Positions 28,921-38,520 of a stretch of 63,161 bases of DNA are shown here, one piece after another. The position numbers and the translations under genes were made by a program. Every line of letters starts with the position of its first letter. The first letter of the stretch is position 1. The notes under the pieces are model-generated. The model was given only the letters and a program-made list of their open reading frames with translations, had not been told where the DNA came from and did no database searches. The stretch lies in sequence record DRR378314_1692, one strand, 5' to 3'.

Positions 28921-30822
28921 CTACGCGGCCTCGGTTCGAAGTAGGGCGGAGAGTTGTTCGGGCGTGAACGGTTTGCTCAGAACAGGTGCACGAGTCAGCG
29001 CTTTGGTATGCAGAGGATCGGAAATCGGCAGGGACGTCATCAATATACAGGGCAGTGCGCCCTTCAGATGATCGACGATATCAATACCGGTGCCCTCTCC
29101 TTCCAACCGGATATCTGACAGCACCAGCGCGATGTCATCTATGTCTGACGTCAAAGCCAGTGCTTCCCCAACCGAGCTCGCCTCGATCACCGAACAGCCC
29201 AAGCCAATTAAAATTTCTCGAAACTGACTGCGCAGCTCATCATTATCCTCAACCAGCAATACAAGCCCCGCTTGGGCTGGTGGTGCTGCTCGGAAGGGCA
29301 GGCGCAATACAACAGAAGCCCCAGAGGGTGTGTTCCGCAAGTTCAAATCCCCGCCAGCCAGCTTAACGGTGTCGTAGACCATAGGAAGCCCCAGCCCCGA
29401 TCCATCGCTACCTTTAGTGGTGAAAAATGGGTTCAGCGCTTGTTCCAATGCGTCAGGGGTGAACCCAGAACCCGTGTCCGATACAGTAATCTCGACCCAA
29501 ATGTTCCCAATTGCGTGGGCGCTGATCGTAATCTGGCCTGACGTGCCACAAGCGTCTCGTGCATTCAGCACAAGATTTAGCAAGGCATCCTGAAGCATAC
29601 CGGGGTCGAGCATCAGCGCCCTGTCGGGCAGCGTGTTCACCACAGATAATCCCATACCGCGCGGCAGCGAAGGCGTGGCTAGTACGCGTAAATCTTCGAG
29701 CAACCCGCGCATATCCGTGGCCTGAGGGTGTGGTGTACGATTACCGGTCATGTCGGCGATGCGATTCAGCAATTGTCCACCGCGACGCGCGGTCTGCTGT
29801 GTGGCGGTGACAAGTTGGCTGGCTTCTTTGGATAAATCCATCTTTTCTAGTCGGGCCTGCATACCCAGAATAATAGTGAGCAAATTCGAAAAATCGTGGG
29901 CAAGTCCGCTTGTCATCTGGGCTGCCATTGCTCTGCGTCGCGTTTGCTGCAAGGCGACGCGGGCCTGAGTTTCCTCAGTGATATCCACCGACATGACATA
30001 AACACCACCTGCTTTGTCCGGCGTGAATGACACGCGAATGCGTCGTGAATCCTGATCTTCGGTAAACTCAAAAACTGAAGGTTGTCCGCAATATGCCTGC
30101 TCTAGTTGCGGTTTCACTCGGTCATAGGCTGACAATCCAAGTGCCTGAGAAATATGAAGCCCCAGGATTTCCGAGGGTCGACCGGGCATGACTGAACTGA
30201 GGCGGCGATTTGAATAATCATATCGACCATCTTCATCCAGATGAGCGATATGGGCGGGCATCATCTCGGTCGTCATCCGCGTGCGCGCTTCGATCTCGGT
30301 CAGCTGTCGTTTGGCCTCTTCCAACGCCGTAATCGTTGCCGCCAGTTTGCGGTTGGTTGCGGAAAGCTCTTCGGCGTGGCCCAAAAGTTGATCTGACAAC
30401 TCTTCCGAGCGGGCACGCAGCAAATCCTCGACCTGTCTGGTTCGCGTAATATCGGTATAGACTGCGACCCACCCCCCATTGGGCAAAGGCGCACCTTCTA
30501 CCGAGATCACCTGACCATTGGGCCGGGTACGTTCCATGTAATGCGGTTCGAAAGCCAAGGCTTGCGCAACGCGGGTTTCAACCATTTCGTCAACGTCACC
30601 GTCCGAGCCATACTCGCCCCGGCTGGCAAGAAAATAGATGGTGTCGTGAAACAAAGCACCCGGTTCGACAAGCTTGTCCGGCAGGCCGAACATTTCCTGA
30701 AATCTCAGATTGCTGACTACAAGGCGCAGCTCACTGTCATAAATCGACAATGCTTGCCCGATCAGATTCAGGCCAGCGGTTGTCATCGCCTTGATGCGTC
30801 TTTCGGATAATTCCAAACCCAT
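28921..30822 (-). CDS. Hybrid sensor histidine kinase (PAS-coiled coil-PAS-HisKA-HATPase-REC)
   Basis: H-box AHDFSNLL, N-box NLVLNARDA, DTGSG, PFFTTK, GSGLGL, C-terminal receiver (LVED, SD, KPF). No TM segment seen. Confidence 0.93.
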   Translation of the reverse strand: MGLELSERRIKAMTTAGLNLIGQALSIYDSELRLVVSNLRFQEMFGLPDKLVEPGALFHDTIYFLASRGEYGSDGDVDEMVETRVAQALAFEPHYMERTRPNGQVISVEGAPLPNGGWVAVYTDITRTRQVEDLLRARSEELSDQLLGHAEELSATNRKLAATITALEEAKRQLTEIEARTRMTTEMMPAHIAHLDEDGRYDYSNRRLSSVMPGRPSEILGLHISQALGLSAYDRVKPQLEQAYCGQPSVFEFTEDQDSRRIRVSFTPDKAGGVYVMSVDITEETQARVALQQTRRRAMAAQMTSGLAHDFSNLLTIILGMQARLEKMDLSKEASQLVTATQQTARRGGQLLNRIADMTGNRTPHPQATDMRGLLEDLRVLATPSLPRGMGLSVVNTLPDRALMLDPGMLQDALLNLVLNARDACGTSGQITISAHAIGNIWVEITVSDTGSGFTPDALEQALNPFFTTKGSDGSGLGLPMVYDTVKLAGGDLNLRNTPSGASVVLRLPFRAAPPAQAGLVLLVEDNDELRSQFREILIGLGCSVIEASSVGEALALTSDIDDIALVLSDIRLEGEGTGIDIVDHLKGALPCILMTSLPISDPLHTKALTRAPVLSKPFTPEQLSALLRTEAA

Positions 30823-30877
30823 CCTCCACTGCGCCTATGGGTATCATCAGTTCAAGCGCAGGTGTAGGTAGTTTTGG

Positions 30878-32494
30878 CTATCCATGCAGCGGCAAATTGT
30901 TCGCGGCGCGGTATGCTTGCACATAGCCACGCGCGACAGATCGAACAGCCGTTCCGATCTGCGAATAAGCCTCGTCAGGCAGGTTGGCGAAGGACACGCG
31001 CGCCGACCAACCGGGTGCATCAAAACCGCTGCCATTCAACAAAACGATGCCGTAGTCTTCGGCCAGTTTGAACGCGATATCCAATGGATGAACATTCTGC
31101 TTTATCCATGTCACAACGTCTTCGCCGACATATTTCCGCAACCAGTATTCGAAATCGATGATGCCGTAATAGGCATCATAATGTTCACCTGCCTGTACCT
31201 CGACCCCCATCGCCTCTGTCAGTAGCTTGAAGCGGCGATGAACCAATTCCATACAGGCGGCCTGATAGATTTTCTTACTGTCCACCAATTCACAGAGTGA
31301 AAACAGTGTCATCATGACCTGCTGCGGCAGCGATAGACCCGCTGTGTGGTTCAAAGCCACATCTCGGCTATCTGCCACCAGCCGGTCGACAAAGCGGATA
31401 TCACGCGGCGTTAGGCTGAGGGTTCCATAGCGCTTGTCCAAGGCCTGTTTAATGTCGTCCGGGTGATCAGCAAGCTTGAGGTCGAAGATGTTGTCCTGCG
31501 CCACAGCGATCACACCAAGCCGCCAGCCAGTGCAGCCGAAGTATTTTGAATAAGAATACACCCCGATCGTATTGCGGGGCAGATGTCCCATGACCGACGT
31601 AAAGTCATGTACGAAGGTGCCGTAGACATCATCCGTCAGTACGATCAGATCGGGCCGGTGATTTTCCACCAAATCCGCCAGTTTCCGCAAGGAGGCAGTG
31701 CTGAGCGCAACAGAGGACGGATTGCCAGGGTTGACCAGGAAGAACGCTTTTACTTTGGGGTCTTTCAGTTTGTCGACTGCAGCATCAGTCAATTGGAAAC
31801 CGTCATCCTCGTCAGTCTCAACATGGACGGATTCTAGGCTGTAGTCCTCCAACTCGGGCATTTCCAGATAGGGTGTGAAGATTGGCGTACACAGCGCGAT
31901 CGTATCGCCAGGGTTCAGCAGGCGATTGGCCTTGAGTGTTTTGAAAATATAGCACATCGCCGCCGTGCCGCCTTCAACCGCGAACAGATCAAACTGGGCA
32001 TCTGGCCGGTGGCCCCGGCACATGGACCACATCAAGTATTCATGTGCAATCGTCGCGTTGTGTTTCAGGATGCGGTCGGGAACCGGATAATTGTCGCCGA
32101 TAATTGAATCCGTCAGTTCATGCACAAACTCATCCGCTTCGAAGTCAAACGCAGCAATGGCATGCGCCACGACCTCAAGCAGCGTGTCTACCCCCGGCGT
32201 CTTTGCGTGCTCAGACGCCCAGTCCTGAAACCGCTCATGACAACCTTTCTGCGCAGGCATACCACCCAACCCGGCAGGGTGGTTCATCACACGCTTGGAT
32301 TCGGTTATGGCAAATTGACCGAGGGCAAAGAATGCTTCACGCGGGCGGGTGGCGACCCAATTGGGATTTCCGCGACCTGCGTTCAGAAAGGCGCTGTTGG
32401 CCTTGTGTGCCTCGGCTGAGGCCAGTTTGATCAGCTCATCCTTGATCTGAAACGGGCTGAGCGCTTCGTAGTCGTGCAGCGTTACTCTATCCAT
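30878..32494 (-). CDS. aspD: Aspartate 4-(beta)-decarboxylase (PLP), bifunctional transaminase
   Basis: LSPFQIKD, NAGRGNPNW, FAVEGGTAAM, VNPGNP, TDDVYGTF, YSYSKYFGCTGWRLG, HTAGLS. Downstream of aspT. Confidence 0.93.
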   Translation of the reverse strand: MDRVTLHDYEALSPFQIKDELIKLASAEAHKANSAFLNAGRGNPNWVATRPREAFFALGQFAITESKRVMNHPAGLGGMPAQKGCHERFQDWASEHAKTPGVDTLLEVVAHAIAAFDFEADEFVHELTDSIIGDNYPVPDRILKHNATIAHEYLMWSMCRGHRPDAQFDLFAVEGGTAAMCYIFKTLKANRLLNPGDTIALCTPIFTPYLEMPELEDYSLESVHVETDEDDGFQLTDAAVDKLKDPKVKAFFLVNPGNPSSVALSTASLRKLADLVENHRPDLIVLTDDVYGTFVHDFTSVMGHLPRNTIGVYSYSKYFGCTGWRLGVIAVAQDNIFDLKLADHPDDIKQALDKRYGTLSLTPRDIRFVDRLVADSRDVALNHTAGLSLPQQVMMTLFSLCELVDSKKIYQAACMELVHRRFKLLTEAMGVEVQAGEHYDAYYGIIDFEYWLRKYVGEDVVTWIKQNVHPLDIAFKLAEDYGIVLLNGSGFDAPGWSARVSFANLPDEAYSQIGTAVRSVARGYVQAYRAANNLPLHG

Positions 32495-32512
32495 CGGTCA
32501 AACCTCTCCAAA

Positions 32513-34198
32513 TCAGCTTAGGATCAAAACTACAACCATCCCGAAGATGGTCAGTAAGGTGTTGCCGATTGCATAGGGCATCCCATAGCCAAGTGCCGGG
32601 ATACGGCTTTGCGCGGCTTCTTGAATCATGCCCAATGCTGCCGTGGTGGTCCGTGCACCCGCGCAGGCACCAAACAGAATTGCCGGGTGGAATTTGAACA
32701 CGTAATGCCCAACATAAACGGAAAAGATCATGGGCAGCGAAGTGGCGACAATCCCCCATAGCAGCAACGCGATACCTGCCTGTTGCAACCCGGCGACAAA
32801 ACCCGGCCCAGCGGTGATCCCGATCACCGCGATAAAGACATTCAGGCCCAGCGTGTTCATCAACCAAAGGGCCGGCCCGGGTATTCGACCAAAGGTCGGA
32901 TGCACGGTACGCAACCAGCCAAGGAGTAGCCCTGCCAATAGTGCGCCACCGGTCGTCGAAAGGCTGATGGGGAAGCCTCCCATCATAACCGACAGTGTTC
33001 CGATGATCCCGCCAATGAAAATCCCCCATCCAACAAAGGCCAGATCCGTGGTGTCGACTGGGCGATCTGCATAACCGATCTTGGCAATCGCGGCCTCAAC
33101 ATGCCGTTTACTACCCTGAATGGTGATGATGTCACCTCGGTGGACGACCGTACCCGGCAACAGCGGTAAGTCCTGCATGTTCCGCATCAGTTTTGAGACA
33201 TAGATGCCCCGTGAAATCGACAGTTTGCTTAGCTCTTCAAGCGTTTTGTTATGCACATCCTTGCTGGTGATCAGAACGTCCATCTTCTCGGATGGAATAC
33301 TCAGCAAGTCGGGTGCGTCGGCCTCAGTCAGGCTGGTTTCAAGCAAGCCCACCAGATCGGCGCGACGACCCGAAAACATCACGACATCCCCGACTTGCAA
33401 TATCGTGTTGTCGTCAACCTCGATGATCTTGCCGTCGCGCCTTAGGCGTTCAGCATAAATGCGCACGCCGGGCATCAGGTCTTTGACCGGTTGCCCCAGA
33501 AAATCGCTTCCCTGAGGTATTTCAAAAGCGCGGGCTTCGATCGCCCGATACGCCGAGACGATGCCGTCACCGGATTCCACCGCTAGGCCACCGCCGAGCT
33601 TGGCCTCATATTCCTTGCAGGCCGCGACCAGATCGACACCGATCAATCGCGGCCCGATCTTGGCTAGAATGATTGCCGAACCAATCGTGCCGTAGATATA
33701 GGTCACCGCGTAGGCCACCGGGATTTGGTTGGCATAGGTCTTGGCTTGTTCCGCCGACAGCCCCAGATGGCCGATCTGGTCGGTTGCAACGCCAATTGCA
33801 GCTGAAATCGTCTGCGACCCGGCATAGAGACCAGCGGCATAGCCAAGCTCTAGCCCCGCCACCTTTGCGGCGATGATGGGGATCACTAGGCATAAGGCCA
33901 GCACGCTGAGTGCAAAAAACACCTCGCGCGCACCGTCTACTTTCAGGCCGCGCATGAATTGCGGTCCAACACCGTAGCCCACAGCGAAAATGAACATGAT
34001 GAAGAAGGTCGATTTAACCGCCGAGTCGATGTCGATATGCGCCTGTCCAATCACAACCGCGGCAAGCAGCGTTGCGGTGACCGTACCCAGGCTGAAACCC
34101 ATCACCTTCCAAGGGCCGACAAGAAACCCGATACCAATGGACAAAAACACCGCCAGCTCTGGATAGTTTTGAAGAACATTCACTAGCCAATCGACCAT
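32513..34198 (-). CDS. aspT: Aspartate:alanine antiporter (AAEx family, two TrkA-C domains)
   Basis: YPELAVFL, FAVGYGVGPQF, AGSQTISAAIG, YAVTYIYG, AGARTTTAA, PALGYGMPYAIGN. Start ATG 34198 after GAGAGG. Confidence 0.92.
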   Translation of the reverse strand: MVDWLVNVLQNYPELAVFLSIGIGFLVGPWKVMGFSLGTVTATLLAAVVIGQAHIDIDSAVKSTFFIMFIFAVGYGVGPQFMRGLKVDGAREVFFALSVLALCLVIPIIAAKVAGLELGYAAGLYAGSQTISAAIGVATDQIGHLGLSAEQAKTYANQIPVAYAVTYIYGTIGSAIILAKIGPRLIGVDLVAACKEYEAKLGGGLAVESGDGIVSAYRAIEARAFEIPQGSDFLGQPVKDLMPGVRIYAERLRRDGKIIEVDDNTILQVGDVVMFSGRRADLVGLLETSLTEADAPDLLSIPSEKMDVLITSKDVHNKTLEELSKLSISRGIYVSKLMRNMQDLPLLPGTVVHRGDIITIQGSKRHVEAAIAKIGYADRPVDTTDLAFVGWGIFIGGIIGTLSVMMGGFPISLSTTGGALLAGLLLGWLRTVHPTFGRIPGPALWLMNTLGLNVFIAVIGITAGPGFVAGLQQAGIALLLWGIVATSLPMIFSVYVGHYVFKFHPAILFGACAGARTTTAALGMIQEAAQSRIPALGYGMPYAIGNTLLTIFGMVVVLILS

Positions 34199-34597
34199 TA
34201 TCCACCTCTCAATCCTCGCCCGACAGGCATACGAGGCAGAAGCCGGTAACAAGGCGAAGATGCACCCAACAAGCCAATTTAATTACCGACCAAGCCGCCT
34301 GTTCGAAAAACTCAACCAAACTCGAAAAATTCTGGATTTACGATACCTCAAGACGGACGTTTGTCTATGATTATCTGAATATTAGCGGTTCTGAGCATCG
34401 GTTCCCTGTTGGGTGGCTCCAACCAAAGCAGATCGGACCCTCCCATACGTCTAGCGGGTTGCCAGCTATCACACCATTTCTACAAGTCACGGGGCAGTGG
34501 AAGTCACTGTCACACCATCGCCATGTATAGACGCAAATTCTTGGCTTGTTTGAACAAATCCATTGCAGCCAACCGGTGTTTGACATCACATACCGCC

Positions 34598-35722
34598 ATG
34601 ACACGGCCAACGATTACTTCCGAGACCCGCGCAACCGAAGTTTGCATTCGGATTGCAGGGGATATGCGAACGCAAGCGCTGGATTGTGTCGAAAGAGATT
34701 TCGCAGCGCTCAGACCCAATGGACAAGACGTCGTTCTGGACATGACGCAGTTGCAAGCGCTGGATACCGGTGGGGCCTGGCTTGTTGCCAATCTTGCGCA
34801 GCGGATGACGTCTGCAGGCGTTCAGGTCCGGTTTGAAGGTTTGACCCCCGCACATTCTTCGTTGATCGAAACGGTGTCACACAACATCCCCGAAGCAACC
34901 GGAGAAGAGCTTCCACCCCGCGGCTTTATTAACTGGGTTGCCCGAATTGGTGAACGGACCTTTAGTGCGTGGCAGGATACGCTGTCGATCATAGGGTTTC
35001 TGGGGCTAACCCTTCACCGGCTGGTTCGGACATTGATCATGCCCTGGAGGCTTCGTCGGGCCGCCTTGTTCTCGCAGATGGAGCAGGTCGGCTTCAAGGC
35101 GCTTCCCATCGTTTCGCTGATGGGTTTCCTCATTGGTGTCGTTCTGGCTTTTCAAGGCGCGACCCAATTGAAGCAATTCGGTGCCGAAATATTTGTGGTC
35201 GAGTTGATTTCAATCTCTATCCTGCGCGAGCTGGGTATCCTGTTGACCGCGATCATCGTCGCCGGCCGCTCCGGCTCGGCCTTTACGGCCTCGATCGGCT
35301 CGATGAAGGTACAGGAAGAAATTGATGCGATGCGTACGCTGGGGCTGGACCCGATCGAGGTTCTGGTCATCCCGCGTGTGTTGGCCCTTTTGATCATGCT
35401 GCCCATTCTGGGCTTTGTGGCTGACATGGCTGGCTTGATCGGTGGCGCGTTGATGAGTTGGATCGATCTGGGCGTCAGTCCAGGGATGTTCCTGACCCGG
35501 TTGAAGGAAAACACCGGTGTTTCGCAACTTGCTGTCGGGATGATCAAAGCGCCGTTTTTTGCACTTGTGATCGGGGTCATTGCCTGTTGGCAGGCCATGC
35601 AGGTCAAAGGATCATCCGAAAGCGTTGGTCAACGTACAACGGCCTCGGTTGTGCAGTCGATCTTCATGGTGATCGCCATTGACGCCCTGTTTTCGATCTT
35701 CTTCTCAAAGTTGGGGGTTTGA
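34598..35722 (+). CDS. mlaE: MlaE-family ABC permease with N-terminal STAS-like domain
   Basis: LDTGGAW (STAS), LRELGILLTAIIVAGRSGSAFTASIGSMK..EEIDAM, SVGQRTT.SVV. Start placed at ATG 34598. Confidence 0.9.
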   Translation: MTRPTITSETRATEVCIRIAGDMRTQALDCVERDFAALRPNGQDVVLDMTQLQALDTGGAWLVANLAQRMTSAGVQVRFEGLTPAHSSLIETVSHNIPEATGEELPPRGFINWVARIGERTFSAWQDTLSIIGFLGLTLHRLVRTLIMPWRLRRAALFSQMEQVGFKALPIVSLMGFLIGVVLAFQGATQLKQFGAEIFVVELISISILRELGILLTAIIVAGRSGSAFTASIGSMKVQEEIDAMRTLGLDPIEVLVIPRVLALLIMLPILGFVADMAGLIGGALMSWIDLGVSPGMFLTRLKENTGVSQLAVGMIKAPFFALVIGVIACWQAMQVKGSSESVGQRTTASVVQSIFMVIAIDALFSIFFSKLGV

Positions 35723-35723
35723 T

Positions 35724-36539
35724 ATGGACGCGTCAGCGCTGCCGGGCAAACCCCAAACCGATACAAAACGAGAAGCCGTTATCCGTGTGCGAAATCTGAC
35801 CAACCAGTTTGGTGAACAAGTCGTGCATCACGACCTTAATCTCGATGTTTGGCGTGGTGAGGTGCTGGGTGTTGTCGGTGGTTCGGGCACCGGTAAATCT
35901 GTGCTGTTGCGCACCATCGTGGGTCTGAATAGACCAAAATCTGGAAGCATCGAGGTGCTGGGCGTCGATGTTCTGAACGGCCCCGAAGAAGATCGTCAGC
36001 GCATCGAGAAAAGCTGGGGTGTCGCTTTTCAGGATGGAGCCTTGTTTTCTTCGCTAACCGTACTGCAAAACGTGATGGCACCCCTGCGCGAACATACCGG
36101 TATCAGCGAAAACCTGATGGCTGCACTTGGTGGGCTCAAGATCAGTTTGGTTGGGCTGCCTCAGTTGAGTTGCAGCAAGTTCCCTTCGGAACTATCGGGT
36201 GGAATGCGCAAACGCGCGGCGCTGGCCCGTGCCTTGTCTCTGGATCCTCAGATCGTGTTTCTGGACGAACCAACTGCCGGGTTGGACCCAATCGGAGCCG
36301 CCGCCTATGATGACCTGATCCGAGAGCTTCAGCACGCGTTGGGACTGACTGTTTTCATGGTGACGCATGATCTGGACAGTCTTTACGCCATATGTGATCG
36401 CGTTGCGGTACTTGCGGAAAAGCGTGTGCTGGTTGAAGGTCCGATAGAAGACATGACCAAGGTCGATCACCCTTGGGTTCAGGAATATTTCACAGGCCCC
36501 CGCGCCCGAGCGGCACAACAGAAGGGGCAGGACAGGTAG
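35724..36539 (+). CDS. mlaF: MlaF-family ABC ATP-binding protein
   Basis: GGSGTGKS, FQDGALFSSL, ELSGGMRKR, DEPTAGLDP, VTHD. Start ATG 35724. Confidence 0.92.
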   Translation: MDASALPGKPQTDTKREAVIRVRNLTNQFGEQVVHHDLNLDVWRGEVLGVVGGSGTGKSVLLRTIVGLNRPKSGSIEVLGVDVLNGPEEDRQRIEKSWGVAFQDGALFSSLTVLQNVMAPLREHTGISENLMAALGGLKISLVGLPQLSCSKFPSELSGGMRKRAALARALSLDPQIVFLDEPTAGLDPIGAAAYDDLIRELQHALGLTVFMVTHDLDSLYAICDRVAVLAEKRVLVEGPIEDMTKVDHPWVQEYFTGPRARAAQQKGQDR

Positions 36540-36544
36540 AGGCG

Positions 36545-37861
36545 ATGGAAACCCGAGCGAATTATATCCTGATCGGCGCATTCACCTTGGCAGGGATACT
36601 GGGTGCATTCGCTTTTTTCCTTTGGCTCGCCAAGTTCGAAGTGACCCGGCAATACGCCTACTATGATGTTCTGTTCGACAATGTCTCGGGTCTGTCAGCG
36701 GCCGGAGGCGTGAACTATAACGGTTTGCCAGTCGGGCAGGTTATATCCTTGAATCTGGATAAGGATGATCCCTCGAAAGTGCGGGTTCGACTTGAAGTTG
36801 ACGCAGACATCCCGGTCACCAAGGAAACCATCGCGCAATTGCAGTCTCTGGGTGTGACAGGTGTCGCGTATGTTGAACTGTCAGGCGGGTCACCAACGGC
36901 GCAGAGATTGCCTCAGAACAGCATAATCACAAGCAAGCGCAGCTCGATCCAATCACTTCTGGAAGGCGCTCCAAAAGTTCTGGACCAGGCTGTCACGCTG
37001 CTGGAAAACCTCAACTCTGTCGTCGATGATAAAAACCGCAAAGCCGTGTCAGACATTTTGACCAATCTTGCAGATGCTTCTGGCAAACTCGACAAGACCC
37101 TGTCGGATTTCCAATCACTATCCTCTGATCTGGGCGGTGCGGCAAAGGATGTAGGGGCGTTCACCAAGCGGCTCGAGACACTGGCGGACACCGCAGAAAC
37201 GACGTTCAGCACGGGAACTGAAACGCTCAATAGCATTAAAAACACTTCAGATGCCGCCAAGCAGACTCTTGAAACTGCGAATACCACAATCGCCAATGCC
37301 GATCGCGTGCTGCAGCAGGATATTCAACCCTTTATCGAGCGGGGCTCGATCCTGGCTGAAAGACTGACAAGACTATCGGATGAGGGCAGCGTGACACTTG
37401 GCGTGATCAGCGAAACGGTATTGAACGCAAACAAAACTCTGGATTCGGTTACTTCGACCATGGATTCGGCCAAAAGTACGTTGGATTCTGCCGAACGCGC
37501 GTTTGACTCGGCCAATCGCGTGATGGATGAAGATATCTCGCCGGTCGCAGCTGACGTAAGCAAGGCCGCCAAACAGGTTGCTGAAACCGTCACGAACATA
37601 ACCCAAAAGGTTGATCAGATTTCCGACGACGTTCTCAGCGCTTCGCAATCGGCGTCTGATCTGTTGGGTACCATCGATGGAATTGTTCAGGATAACCGTC
37701 GGCAGGTCTCGGACTTTTTGCGCGTCGGATTACCTCAGTTCATTCGGTTTATCGAGGAATCCCAGCGTTTGGTCATCAGTCTTGACCGGCTGGTTGATAA
37801 AGTCGAACGCGACCCTGCCCGCTTTTTGTTAGGCACCCAAGCATCGGAGTTTCGTCAATGA
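36545..37861 (+). CDS. mlaD: MlaD/MCE-domain protein with long helical extension
   Basis: METRANY..IGAF start, VSGL...V.YNG..VGQV, GVTG.AYVEL.GG, amphipathic helical repeats, DPARFL C-terminus. Confidence 0.9.
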   Translation: METRANYILIGAFTLAGILGAFAFFLWLAKFEVTRQYAYYDVLFDNVSGLSAAGGVNYNGLPVGQVISLNLDKDDPSKVRVRLEVDADIPVTKETIAQLQSLGVTGVAYVELSGGSPTAQRLPQNSIITSKRSSIQSLLEGAPKVLDQAVTLLENLNSVVDDKNRKAVSDILTNLADASGKLDKTLSDFQSLSSDLGGAAKDVGAFTKRLETLADTAETTFSTGTETLNSIKNTSDAAKQTLETANTTIANADRVLQQDIQPFIERGSILAERLTRLSDEGSVTLGVISETVLNANKTLDSVTSTMDSAKSTLDSAERAFDSANRVMDEDISPVAADVSKAAKQVAETVTNITQKVDQISDDVLSASQSASDLLGTIDGIVQDNRRQVSDFLRVGLPQFIRFIEESQRLVISLDRLVDKVERDPARFLLGTQASEFRQ

Positions 37862-38514
37862 TACGGCCCTTAACACTGTCGCTGGCCTTGGTCGCGTTAA
37901 CAGGTTGTGCTGGTTTGGGGACATTGAGCCAAGCCTCCAAACCCAACGACCTGTATCTGCTAACACCCAAAAGCACGTTCTCCTCATCGCTGCCACGTAT
38001 CCAGACACAGATTGTTGTCGAGGAACCCACGGCAACGGCGGCAGTAAACACGGATCAAATCGCTGTGCAGCCCACCTTGCTGCAGGTTCAGTATCTGCCA
38101 AGGGCGCGCTGGGTTGATCGCGCGCCGCTGATCGTTCAGGCGCTGATGGTCGAAAGCTATGAGAATTCCGGCAAGGTTGCTGCGGTGGGACGATCGACTG
38201 TTGGTCTGCGTGCAGATTATGTGATTGCGCCGGATTTACGCGAGTTTCAGGGCATCGTTATCAGCGAAACCGAGAACTCCAAAACAGTTCGTGTAGAAGT
38301 CCGCATCAATATTAAGATTATCGATGAATACGAGGACAAGATTATCGCATCCAGCTCATTCCAGGAAAATGTGATGGCAGCCAGCGACCAGACCCCAGAT
38401 CTGGTCGAAGCCTTCGATGTGGCCTTAGGCAGAACCATGCGAGACGCCGTCGAATGGAGCATCCGCAAAATCAATAGCCACGCGCAAAACAATCCGCGGA
38501 CGAACCCAAGCTAA
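37858..38514 (+). CDS. ABC-type transport auxiliary lipoprotein (PqiC-like)
   Basis: Lipobox LTGC, VEEPTA..VNTDQI, ARWVD, DLREFQ. Last gene of the MCE operon. Confidence 0.88.
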   Translation: MIRPLTLSLALVALTGCAGLGTLSQASKPNDLYLLTPKSTFSSSLPRIQTQIVVEEPTATAAVNTDQIAVQPTLLQVQYLPRARWVDRAPLIVQALMVESYENSGKVAAVGRSTVGLRADYVIAPDLREFQGIVISETENSKTVRVEVRINIKIIDEYEDKIIASSSFQENVMAASDQTPDLVEAFDVALGRTMRDAVEWSIRKINSHAQNNPRTNPS

Positions 38515-38520
38515 ACAGGG

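Noticed and set aside
34409-34597. 63-aa N-terminal extension of mlaE
   Set aside because: The sequence is not protein-like and lies in the aspT/mlaE divergent promoter region; ATG 34598 fits the STAS domain start.
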